This document shows positions 25,237 through 37,515 of a stretch of 64,000 bases of DNA, piece by piece. The notes beneath the pieces are model-generated. The model ran no database searches. It saw only the letters and a program-made list of their open reading frames with translations, and was not told the DNA's origin. The first letter of the stretch is position 1; every line of letters begins with the position of its first letter. A program made the translations under genes and the position numbers. This DNA comes from Octopus vulgaris (lineage: Eukaryota): contig OX597820.1 of assembly GCA_951406725.2 (NCBI GenBank), forward strand, positions 66,898,001 to 66,962,000, given 5' to 3'.

Positions 25237-25706
25237 TTGTTTGTTCCTTCTCGAGTCATGCCTGGCTCATAAGGGCTGATTTCCCAGTTTCTTTGGCATA
25301 TAGGTTCTTCACCTGGACAGGACGCTGGTCCATCGTAAGTGAGCTGCAAGATGCAGGAGGAAAGAGTGAGAGAAAGTTGGGGCGAAAGAGTCAGCAGAAG
25401 TTCGCCATTATCTTCTGCTGGAACCGCATGGAGCTTAGATGTTTCCATGATCACCACACCTTAGCGAAATGGGTAGGGTAGGGGGTAAGGGTCTGGTACT
25501 GGCAGTGTGGATCTCTGTAAGTATTTTGGTGATGGGTTTAGCAGGATTGCCTGTGTGTGCAGAGATACAGTGGGAGGAGAGAGAAAGGGAGAGGGGGAAG
25601 GGGTGAACAGAAATCTAAATACACACATCGCCCGGTTTGAGATTCGAACCCGCAGACCCTCGACCGCGAGTCCACTGCTCTAACTACCAGGCCATGTGCC
25701 TCCACA
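25237..25706 (-). mobile_element. SINE family 3 copy interrupted by a 172-bp templated insertion
   Basis: Reverse complement of 37229-37515, apart from the insert at 25443-25614. Confidence 0.85.
25443..25614 (-). repeat. Inverted copy of 23626-23797 inserted inside a SINE
   Basis: Interrupts the minus-strand SINE at 25237-25706. The copy at 37229-37515 lacks this segment. Confidence 0.93.
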
Positions 25707-27226
25707 ATGTTATAAGTACTAAGCTTAAAAATAAATACTGAGGCTGGTTTGCTCGACTAAACTGTTGAAGGTGATGCTCCAGCATGGTCACTACCCAATG
25801 TTTGAAACCAGTTAAAAGACTATCATCTGTTAACGTTGTTGTTATTGTTGCTGTTGCTTCTGTTGCTGTGGAATGTCTCCTCTGCTTCAGTACCAATCGG
25901 ACATTCGCCAAACATCTCTTCTCTGCACCGAACCCACTCCCCGACCCAACCATGACTCTCACTCCACCCACCTCCTGACAAAGTGTTAACTGTGCATATC
26001 TCCGCTGCCATTCCGCCAGACTCTGACGCTTTATTTCTCATTGACGGCCGAAACTTCCTTAACATAATGATGTGCACGTTACGCTTCAGTTGAACGCCGC
26101 AACTCATCTTCATTGTCATCGTCATTCTTGTTGGTGTTGTTGTTCTTGTAATTGTCGATTTTTTTTTTTTTTAGTTATTGTTATGGTTTTCTTGCAACTG
26201 AAGCATGACATTGCTTTTGCTAAATAGAATTACATGCAGTAGACATACTGTGGCCCAGAGTGGTGATGGTGATGTTGACGGTGGTGGTGGCGGTAGTGAT
26301 GTTGATGGTAGTGGTGGTGGTGGTGGTGGTGGTGGTGGTGGTTTTTGTAGGAGTAAAAACAGAAGTGACGGTGGTGGTGGTGGTGACGATGAGCAGCAGT
26401 AGGAGGTGGTGTTGATGGGTTGATGGTGGTAGTGGTGGTAGTGATGATGATGATGATGACAGCAGATGTCATGGTGAGGAGTCGAGAGTAGTAAGGAAGT
26501 TGTGATGGTAGGAAGTCGTGGGGGGGGGGGGTGATGGTGGTGGCATGATAAAATTTTTTAAAAAGCCAGTTTTTCTTCCACAGTAATACACACAAAACAC
26601 ATACAACCCCTTCACACGTACATTACACATCTCGTACCCTGCTACTAACGACCCAAGCTGCTAACATCATCATCGTCGCCATCTTCATCTTCACCACCAA
26701 CACCGACCTTCTCCTTTCCTTCTCACACCCACCAACTGTCTCTCCCCTACACCTACTCTTCCTCCAAAATATTCTCAGAACCTTCAATTCAATTGTTTAT
26801 CTTACTGCCCATACTGGAGCAAATATGTGTATATACTCATTTGTGAGTGCAGGTATGTCTAATTGGTTAATGAGTTTGTTTCACAATCAATAATATACCA
26901 GGTTCAATCATATTGCATAGCATTCTATGCAAGTATATGGAGGTCTCTGTATCTGAACATAATCTGCCTTGGAACCATGTTTCTTTGGCCAAATTGTTCA
27001 TTACCTGAGTGACTGCAATACTTTTAAATAGGACTAATCTGTTTCCATTCTAAGCCACAACCAAACTCCACATCAATGCATCAAAACGAGGTTTCATCTC
27101 TTCATCAGTAGCAAATACATTAATAGGTACATATATAGTGGGCCATGTTGTCCGATTCCTAATTGAATGACTTCACCAAGTGGCGTTATTAAGTTAGACA
27201 TGGCTTGGGCCAATACTGGCCCAAAG

Positions 27227-27281
<55 letters not shown>

Positions 27282-27310
27282 ACACACACATGCACACATA
27301 TATATACATA

Positions 27311-27615
27311 GGTGTAGGAGTGGCTGTGTGGTAAGTAGCTTACTTACGAACCACATGGTTCCGGGTTCAGTCCCACTGCGTGGCACCTTGGGCAACTGTC
27401 TTCTACTATAGCCTCGGGCCAACCAAAGCCTTGTGAGTGGATTTGGTAGACAGAAATAGAAAGAAGCCTGTCATGTCTGTGTGTGTGTGTGTTTCTGTCT
27501 TTTTCCCCCCCAACATTGCTTGACAACCGATGCTGGTGTGTTTATGTACACACAACTTAGCAGTGCTCCAGCATGGCCACAGTCAAATGACGGAAACAAG
27601 TAAAAGAGTAAAAGA
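27311..27615 (+). mobile_element. SINE family 1, internally deleted copy
   Basis: Same head and tail as 9526-9925. Confidence 0.8.
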
Positions 27616-27980
27616 CATATATATATGTGTGTGTGTGTGTATATATATATGTATATGTGTGTGTGTGTGTATATATGTGTGTATGTGTATATATATATAT
27701 ATGTTATATATGTATGTATATGTGTGTATGTATATATATATATATTTGTGCGTGTGTGTATATATATGTATGTATGTATGTGTATATTTAGAATAATAAG
27801 GCAGTCAGAATGTTGGATGATTATATATATATATTTTTTTTTTATGTATTTACATTTTATTTACATTTTTAGTGCGTTCTTCCGTTATCAGATTTATTGT
27901 ATGTATGTGTATTATATATGTGTGTATATATATATATATAATATAAGTCTCTCTCTACCTCTTTTCTTTACCGTTTTAAA

Positions 27981-28213
27981 CAGTGGTTCTCAGCCGGGGT
28001 CCATATGGCCCTTGGGGGGGTCCATGTAAAATTTTGTTGTTAAAATTTATGTACAATGTATTGGTTGAGCTTCTACAATACATGAAATATTTTAATAATT
28101 TTTTAATGCGATCCCTAGGATTTTTTAAACATCAAATGGCTATGGGGGTCCACCCAAGTAGAATAGAAATCATAGGGGTCCATAGGCAAAAAAAAAATGG
28201 TTGAGAACCACTG
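27981..28213. mobile_element. hAT/Charlie-like MITE
   Basis: TIRs CAGTGGTTCTCA ... TGAGAACCACTG. The TSD is not clearly preserved. A related internal fragment lies at ~25035-25150. Confidence 0.75.
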
Positions 28214-28429
28214 TATTAGAAGAACAACAACAACAAGATGAATTTAACTTAATTAATTTCAAGTTACTGGTTATGTCATGTTGACGAGTCCAAAAGGAGG
28301 ATGAAATAATCCTATTCACGACTACCTGTGACTTTAAAAGCTTTTATTTTCTAGAAATGAAAAATAAAATAAATAAAAGAATTATATAAGAATATATTTA
28401 TGCTCTTCACTCTTTAATGTAATCCTTGG

Positions 28430-28611
28430 CAGTAGCCATGCTGGAGCACCGCTTTTCGTCAAGCAAATTGACCCCAGTACTTATTCTTTGTAAGCCTGCT
28501 ACTTATTCCATTGGTCTCTTTTGCCAAAATGCTAAGTTACAAGGATGTAAACACACCAACATCAGTTATCAAAAATGGTGGGGGGACAAACACAGACACA
28601 CAAATATATAT

Positions 28612-28685
<74 letters not shown>

Positions 28686-28828
28686 TTTCCATCTACCAAA
28701 TCCACTCACAAGTCTTTGGTTGGCCCGATGCTATAGCAGAAGACACTTGCCCAAGGTGTCACACAGTGGGATGGAACCCTGAACCATGTGGTTGGGAAAC
28801 AAGCTTCTTACCACACACCCATGCCTGT
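28430..28828 (-). mobile_element. SINE family 1 copy
   Basis: Reverse-complement similarity to 9526-9925. Confidence 0.78.
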
Positions 28829-29581
28829 TTTTAACATGCTTCAATAATCACTAGAAGTGATTCTCTCCCTATCACTAGCAATCAACCTCATGTTTATATA
28901 TATATATATATAATACATGCACATATATATTGACCTATGATTCTTGAGTGAAATATGCTTGACTGTGTGTGTCTGAGTCTGTGCATGCATGTGTATGTGC
29001 ATATCATGTAGATGTATGTAAAACAAGCATGTGTTTATTGATTGTAAAGCGATTGTAAACAATAATCAGTCATATAAAAGCAGTGTCATTTGTTTATTGC
29101 CCATGTATGGAAGCATTCCTGGACTTTGGGTTTGTTGTTACTTGGAGGACAAAGGAAAATATTTCCTTACTTGAAAATGTGTAAGGGTTGGTGACAGGAA
29201 GAGCATCCAACTGCTATTTTTAACAACACTCATCTAACCCATGCAATCATAGTAAAAACGGACGTTAAACTGATTATGATGAGGTGGATATAGGAATAGA
29301 TGGAACATAGTGATTATGGTTATTATAAATAATAGAACTGAAGAAAATTACTGCAGAGAAGCAAGCTTTCTGCATATTTATTTAGTATGCATGTGGTAGG
29401 GTCTCAGGTATGTAAACTGTGTGCTGGGAAACTTTGATTGATGGAGATTATTTATTCAATCTCTAGACGAAACCTCCTTTTACTGTTGTGTAAAATTATA
29501 AAAAAGAAAAAGAAAAGTAGCAAGGGAAAGATAACTCCAATAAGTTCAGCTAAGCAAATCATTTTGGAAAACATAGATAAG

Positions 29582-29582
29582 A

Positions 29583-29654
<72 letters not shown>

Positions 29655-29655
29655 A

Positions 29656-29689
<34 letters not shown>

Positions 29690-29765
29690 GTGACATTGGT
29701 GGTGGTGGTGTTGATGTTGGTGTCAGTGGTAGTAGTATTAGTATTAGTAGTAGTGGTGGTGGTGT
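29582..29765. repeat. (GTA)n/(GTG)n trinucleotide array
   Basis: Directly visible. (AAT)n arrays at 16784-16868, 43489-43570, 45153-45240 and 55041-55173. Confidence 0.95.
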
Positions 29766-30120
29766 TTAGGGAGGAGGATGGTGGTGGGTTTACATAATTG
29801 CTGACCCATTTTCCTCTAAGTTTTCTTTTGCCCTCCAGGAGTTTCCTATTGTCACAGTGGTTGTCCCTTCTTTGTACTTAAATAAATAAATGAATAAATA
29901 AATGAATAAATAAATGGATAAATAAATAAATAATATATTTGTTATTTATTTTATATATTTGTAATCTATTTATTTGTTATTTATTTTTTTTTTTATTTTG
30001 GGGGTTTTCGGAAGTTTTACATTGTCTTTAAGTTTCCTTTCTCTTTCGCTGTATTCTTTCAAGTTTAGACTTGTGTGTCATTGTTTAACCACTACAGGCC
30101 CTACCACCCACACATACACG

Positions 30121-30154
<34 letters not shown>

Positions 30155-30326
30155 TACAGTTCCCTACACCATATCTGACCCCTTCACACACCAAACTCTT
30201 CTGTCCAACATTTTATGAACCCATCTTATACACATGCACACATACACATGCATAAATACACATACATACACATGCAGGTACATATGCACATGTACACACA
30301 TATATACATGCATATGCACACATAGG

Positions 30327-30358
<32 letters not shown>

Positions 30359-33124
30359 TGCCCATACATATACACATACTTTTATGCAACATCCTACTCG
30401 CTCCCTCTATCTCTCCCTCCTTCCTTCCCTTAAGACAGTTTAAATCTTCTCCCTGAGTCCCCCCCCTCTACTCCAGCTCTTCCATCCCCTCTGGCAGGGC
30501 ATGAGGGAGAGAGGGTGAGTAGGAGGAGGAGGAGGAGGAGCTCCTGTACATAACAGTTTCTTATCCTGTATAAACAATTAACATTTCAAAACTAATTGAA
30601 GTGTTGGGGGGTGGGGTGACAAGTGCAGAGGGGTGGGTGGGTGGGTGGATAGCAGCAATAGCAACAACAACAACCACAGTGCTGCATCAATGCTAACACC
30701 ATCAACAGCAGCAGCATCAACAACAATGTCAACAACATAAATAAATCAGAGTAACACAACAACAAAAACATGACATCAGCATCAACAATATTGCACTAGA
30801 CAGCTTTTTGTGGATAATTTGAAATGTAATGTGTGTATGTATATGTACATATATGTGTGTATGTGTATTTAGGTGTGTATGTACATATGTGTGTGTATAT
30901 GTGTATGTGTATTTATGTGTGTGTGTATGTATATGGATGTGTGTATGTATGTATATGGATGTGTGTATGTATGTATATGGATGTGTGCATGTGTATGTAT
31001 ATGGATGTGTGTACATGTACATATATGGATGTGTATATGTATGTGTGTGTATATGTATGTGCGTGTATATGTATGTGCGTTTATATGTATGTGTGTGTGT
31101 ACATGTGTGTGTGTACATGTGTGTGTGTGTGTATATATATGTGTGTATGTATATGTACGTGTATATATGTTTATGCATGTGTGTGTATGTGAATGTGTAT
31201 CAATTTGTGTACATGTATGTGTATTTATGTGTATACACATATATATTTATGTGTGTATTTGTATTTATATGGATGTGCCCATGTATATGTATATGTATAC
31301 GGATGTGTACATGGATATGTATATCGATATGTGTATGTATATGGATGTGTATATGTGTGTATATATGTGTATGTGTATATGTATGTTTGTATATATGTGT
31401 ATGTATGTATATGTATGTGTATATACGTTTATGTTTGTGTGTATGTATGTGTATATATGTTAATAATGAAACACGGGGTGGTGTATTCATGTGTGAATGT
31501 CCATGTAGATCCATGTGTGTTTGTCTGTATGAATGTTTACATTCCATGTCTTCCTCATGAAAGCGTTTGAGCAAAATACACAGTGGCATAGTGTTGACAT
31601 TTCCTATCAACAAATTTCCCTCTGGCTCTGACTTTTTGAAGACAACTAGAATAAAAATTACAAAAGAAAAGTTGTTTTTTTTAATGAATCCCTAACTTGA
31701 AAAACAGGTATAGAGGCATGGGTAAAGACGGTGGGGGGCATACCTGATTGTAAATAGCAACAGCTACTCCACAATTATGTCTGTTTAATCATAATAGCAT
31801 GGGTTGGACAAATACTTATAGAATCAATTATTCATCCAACCCATGCTAGCATAGTAAAATAGACGTAAAGCAAACAAATGAACCAGCTTAGCATGCCTGT
31901 CTGATTTGCATGAATAGTGTTATGCTGATAATACTCGTGACTTTTTTTTCTTAATACATAGATAATTTGAAATGTAATATTAAGGCTACATATGTATAAT
32001 AAACATATAATTTTAACCTTACTTATGACAAGTAAATAAAGTGGTTACATCACAAATTTTTATCACCTGCATGAGTGATAAAGTGGGAGTGATCTCAACT
32101 AGTTTCTATTCTTCTTAGAGTTTCATCAGAAAGAAAATCCTTATTGTCAGTGTGTACATTGTTACACAAATTAGATTTTCCAATTTAACTATGTCTGTAT
32201 CCACTATATATAGCTATAAGCTCCTTATCTCTCAGTGGATAGAAGGTGGGTTTTCATTCTCTGATGAAAATTTAACAAGACCAGAAACCAGTCAGATCAG
32301 TCCTACTTTCTCTACCCTTGCAGATAAAAAAAAACAGTTTTGGTTTAAATCATCTGGTTTTATTTTTTACAGCAAGGATAAAATTCTATGTTTATTAAAA
32401 ATAAGCTTACATTTCAAATTACATTGGCATTTCTAATTATATATAACTGATTGGAAGATAGGCTGATCACAGTTGGAATATCTTTGATCTTAGGCCAACT
32501 CAATCAGGACTAGTCTTGTGGTAAACATCAGTCACAACAAGTGTCTGTATATTTTTACTGAAATATCACAAAGTTATCTCTCATATCTTACAGACTATCC
32601 ACCTCTGTTTCCTTCACTGTTCACCCTCTCTATTATACATATGTCTGTGTTTATAATTGAGTTGTCTCTGTTAGAGACTAGCTGTATGTACCATGCCTAC
32701 CATACTACTAGTGATTAGTTTCATTTCTCCTACCTTTCTGTACCATTCGGTAGCTTTATATATATTACCCCTGTGTACTAACATTGCCTCTTTGGGTCAA
32801 CTCACACCTGCATAATATCACTTCCTGTCTACAAGAGTCTAGTTTTAGGCCAACCTGTTGTCATGTACTCACATTGTCTCTCTACCTGAGGCTACTTGTA
32901 AGTCTCCCAACTGCTGTATACTAACATCCCTTTCTAATAGTGGGTATTGTCAGGAATTAATTTTAGGTCTACCATTATCTGTGTGCCAAAAGTGTACCAG
33001 TGGCTACTTTAGTTTCTGCTGTGTGCTTAATAACATACATATATAATAACATATATCTGGTGGGATTAGAAGTTTGAATTTGAAATTAAGGACTAAGGAA
33101 AAATATACATAGAATACACATTTA

Positions 33125-34200
33125 CCGCAAAAACCGATGTAATTTGCACACCTGTGTAATTTACACAGGTGATTTTCAAGATAAAATTTGTTAAAAAAGC
33201 GTCTACTCATGTAAAATTCGCACCTAAAAGTTTTCAGAAATCCAATATTGCCAGGGGAAAAAGGTTTCCAATTTAGTTGTATTTAACATAATTTCACTTA
33301 TGATTAGATTTTATTAAATTTTCATTAAATAAAAATAATTTCTGTTTAACAGGTATCACATTGAAAGCTATTAAATTACAAAGTGTTTGTGTTGTTTATC
33401 ATAAATTTTATTTTACATTTCTTGCCTGCAAGAGATTATTGTCCAGTCTTTAGCATACTGCTGTATGTCTTCTCAAATCATGACCACAGGGAAAGTTGTT
33501 GATAATTCTTATCAACAAAAACAAAGCTGATAAATATGCACAGGTATTGCAAATTAAGTTTAATTACCAATAAACATCAGCTTGGATGACCCTTTACTCA
33601 ACCGACAGAGGAAGGTGACCGATCAAACTGATTATGTAAACAAAATTCTTTTCCACCTGTTCTTGTCGGAACCTTTGATATGGAGTATCGAAATTTTAAT
33701 CCCTTTCACACTTATAAAATGTCGAGCAAACTTTAAAATTTGTCATTACTGTTATTGTCAGTATAAGCAGAACTTATGATTTGTTTACTGCGAAAGAGAA
33801 ATGAAATGCATTCTCCATTGCGATAGGAAGAAACTCCAAGCAATGTAAAATATAGCCCAGACTGTGTTTACCAGCATGAATGTCAGACTTCAAAAGCTAG
33901 TTAACCATTTAATGGTTTTAGTAAATTTATACAGAAAATGTAGGCATTATACCATCCAGCACAAATAAAAGTTAACTTCATTACACGTATTTAAGCCATT
34001 ATTTTTTCTGTAAAAACCTATTCTGACATTAAATGAGTCAACTTCCAGTATGAATTTTTATGTTTTGTATGTTTTTTTTTCAAAAAAAAAAATTTTTTTA
34101 AAAAATTCTGGAAACAATCTACTCATGTAATTTACGCACCCACTAAAGTTTATTTTTATTTTTACGAAAAAATGGGCCTAAATTACATGGGTTTTTACGG
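33125..34200. mobile_element. Non-autonomous Tc1/mariner-pogo-type DNA transposon
   Basis: TA|CCGCAAAAACCGATGTAATTT ... AAATTACATGGGTTTTTACGG|TA. About 21-bp TIRs, a TA TSD and subterminal ctactcatgtaa repeats. No transposase ORF. Confidence 0.8.
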
Positions 34201-34865
34201 TATTTATTTATCTATTTATTATTTATTTATTTCCCGCTTGTTATGGATCGTCTTGAAATTTCTTGCCAGTGGTCATTATACAGAGCATTATTTCATTCCT
34301 TTTAGAAATATTCAGTATGAATGAATATTTCTGAGGTATAGTAATCAAGCAATTTATGAAGCAAGGCATTTTTTATAGATAAAAGATAATTACCACCTGG
34401 AAGAAATTCCAGGAATATAGTTTATCAGTTTGAGCCAAGTGCCATCTAGATTCCCAAACTTACATTACGCTACAAAACTGAGCTGAGTTCCAGTCTCAAC
34501 TGGACCGACATTGCTTCTCTTTTTCTCAAGGCCAGTAAGGATTAACTGAAGGAAGATCAATATTACACACTCGTATATTGAACTGACTTGTGGAAGTAAT
34601 CTTTTGTAAGCATCTTATGAATTAGGCACCAGGATCAAAACCTTCCTTTTCTCACACCTTTTTCCTTATGTCTTACTAATACCACACCATTCCTTTCTTT
34701 CTTACCACTACCCTCCACACACACACTACCTTTTCTATTCCTTCCTTCCTCTTTGTCTTACACATCCATTCAATAATTCATTCCATCTGCTCTCTGTCTC
34801 TCTTTGTTTCCTCTTCAACTATCCTCACCCCCACCACTTTATGTGTGTATGTGTATATATGTATA

Positions 34866-34898
<33 letters not shown>

Positions 34899-35408
34899 CA
34901 TCATATATACATATGTATGTTTGTATGTATGTGGAGATATGTATGTATACATATATGTGTGTGTGTGTGTGCTGTTAGCATCACCTGCCTCATCTCCTCC
35001 TCATTGGGTAACTGACCTTAACCTGTATATGAAGTTATGAAGTTAAGACCACTAACCAGTAGACCAGTGCAAATGACCAGTCACCCAACAATATAGTTTA
35101 TTGTCCTTCCTCTGGACATTAATGGTTTTGTTAGGTTAGAATTGGTTTCAGTTGCCAGGGCAACAACCTACTCCCCCACCCCACCCAGCCTACTCTATCC
35201 TGCCTCCAAACTCATTAAACCACTGTGTGTTGTATTTCATATATATATATACAATGGCATGGAAGCATCAATGGTGTATTCATATATTCACACATACACA
35301 CATATATATACACACATGTATATATGCATGCATATGTCTGTGAAGTCATAACTTCATATATATGTAAAACTTGTGCGAACTAGTAATATTTCTATTTAGG
35401 AATCAGTG

Positions 35409-35470
<62 letters not shown>

Positions 35471-36382
35471 TATACACAATCTTTTGTTTCAGTCATTTGA
35501 CTTTGGCCATGCTGGAGCACCACCATTAGTCGAAAAAAATCGACCTCAGAACTTATTCTTTGTAAGCTTAGTACTTACTCTATCGGTCTCTTTTGCCGAA
35601 CTGGCATGGGTTGGACGGTTTGACTGAGGACTGGTGAGCCAGAGGCTGCACCAGGTTCAATCTAATCTGGCAAAGTTTCTACAGTTGGATGCCCTTCCTA
35701 ATGCCAACCACTCTGAAAGTGTAGTGGGTGCTTTTATGTGCCACTGGCACAAGGGCCAGTCAGGCATTTCTGGCAACAACCACACTCAAGGGTGTTTTTA
35801 TGTGCTACTTGCACAGGAGCCTGTCCAGCGGCACTGGCAACGACCACGCTCAAATGTTGTTTTTCACATGCCACCGGCACATGTGCTGGTAAGGCGATGC
35901 TGGCAACAATCGCGCTCGAATGGTACTTACAAACTTGAACATCACAAGCATTGAACGTGTCTTCATGGAAAATTGCAAACAAGCAGCACCATTTGTGAGA
36001 TGGTTGACATTTATTTACAAAATAGTGTTCTATGTCAAAGAAAGGAGAGACACACACACACACACACACACACACACATCGCATACTCATGCTCACATAT
36101 GTATTTGTATTATAAATCATTTTATCAGTTCAGGAAATAAAATAAAAAATTGTAAAAAAATATTGCAAAAAGATACTTTAATGACCTAATATAAGTACAT
36201 ACATACATATGTGCATGCACACACACACACACACACACACAGATATACAGACATATGTACAATGGGCTTCCTTCATTTTCTGTCCAAAATCCTCACTTCC
36301 AAGACTTTAGATATTCACCTTGTACTAGCATTAGAGTTTTGAATAGTCTCTAATAACTCTGTTTTGTTTTTATTTCTTGCAG

Positions 36383-36569
36383 GTATCTGCCAGTGACCCT
36401 GATTGTGGGTTTGACTCAAAAGTCTCTTATAAAATAGCCGATGGCATGGGTTATACAAAGCCGTCAGAGTTTAAAGTTGAAAGTGCTACTGGAAGAATTT
36501 GTATAGCAAAGAGCCTGGACTATGAGAAAAAATCAGTTTATGAATTTCCAATCAAGGCAATTGATGGAG
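36383..36569 (+). CDS. ds: Dachsous-like cadherin exon A (VSASDPDCG...AIDG), phase 0 to 1
   Basis: Acceptor tttcttgcag|GTATCT, donor GGAG|gtaagg. Cadherin motifs DPD and LDYE. Confidence 0.93.
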
Positions 36570-36935
36570 GTAAGGGTTATGAGTTGTTTTAATTCATTTT
36601 CTTTCAGATGTTTGGCAAAGGAAGAATTTGGTAGCTTCGTTGATCTATTTTATGAAGGAAGAGTTTGATAGATCTGGTACCAGCCATGTGCTTAGTACTT
36701 ACTCTATTGGTCTCTTTTGCCGAACTGCTAATTTACAGGGATGTAAACACACCAACATCGGTTGTCAAGCGATGGTGGGTAGGATGAAACACAGACACAC
36801 AAAGTACCAGCCATGTGCTAGGGTTGATGGTATCGACTTCTTTCTGCCCCTCAACATCACTAGCCTTGTACCTGTGAATGGAATATTAAGGAAGGCATTA
36901 GAGAGAATGTTGTTCCTATATTATCTGTATTCTAT

Positions 36936-37209
36936 TTGCTGGAAAAATGGTCTGTGTGAAAGGGCCACTTCTGAGCATACACCTGTGAAAGATAAAAGAA
37001 TGGCTCTGGCCCTGTTGATCAGGCACCGTGGCTCTTGTGGGTTTTCCACAAGGACCTTTAAAGCACCTCTCCAATTGGGAGTTTTATGTTGTTTAATTTT
37101 TATTGTTTACACAAGGAAAACCCCTATGTATCATCTTGTGTTGTCTTCTATGTTGTTGCATGTTTTTTATGTTTGTTTATATTAGCCCCCGTGGCCATTA
37201 AAAGAATAA
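36936..37209 (+). mobile_element. 5'-truncated non-LTR retroelement 3' end with 16-bp TSD
   Basis: TSD attatctgtattctat at 36920-36935 and 37210-37225. A second copy lies at ~44612-44883; A-rich end. Confidence 0.75.
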
Positions 37210-37228
37210 ATTATCTGTATTCTATGCT

Positions 37229-37515
37229 GGGGAGGCACATGGCCTAGTGGTTAGAGCAGCGGACTCGCAGTCGAGGGATCATGGGTTCGAATCTCAGACC
37301 GGGTGATGTGTATGTTTATGAGCAAAAACACCTAAGCTCCATGCGGCTCTGGCAGAGGGTAATGGCGAACTTCTTCTGACTCTTTCACCACAACTTTCTC
37401 TCACTCTTTCCTCCTGCATCTTGCAGCTCACCTGTGACGGACCGGTGTCCCATCCAGGTGGGGAACCTATACGCCAAGGAAACCAGGAAACCGGCCCTAT
37501 GAGAAGGAACAAACA
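37229..37515 (+). mobile_element. tRNA-derived SINE family 3 with TSD
   Basis: Head tggcctagtggttagagcagcgg...gggttcgaatctc (A and B boxes). TSD attctatgct at 37219-37228 and 37516-37525. Confidence 0.87.

Noticed and set aside
37229-37310. tRNA gene
   Set aside because: This is the tRNA-like head of a SINE that continues into a repeat body with a TSD.
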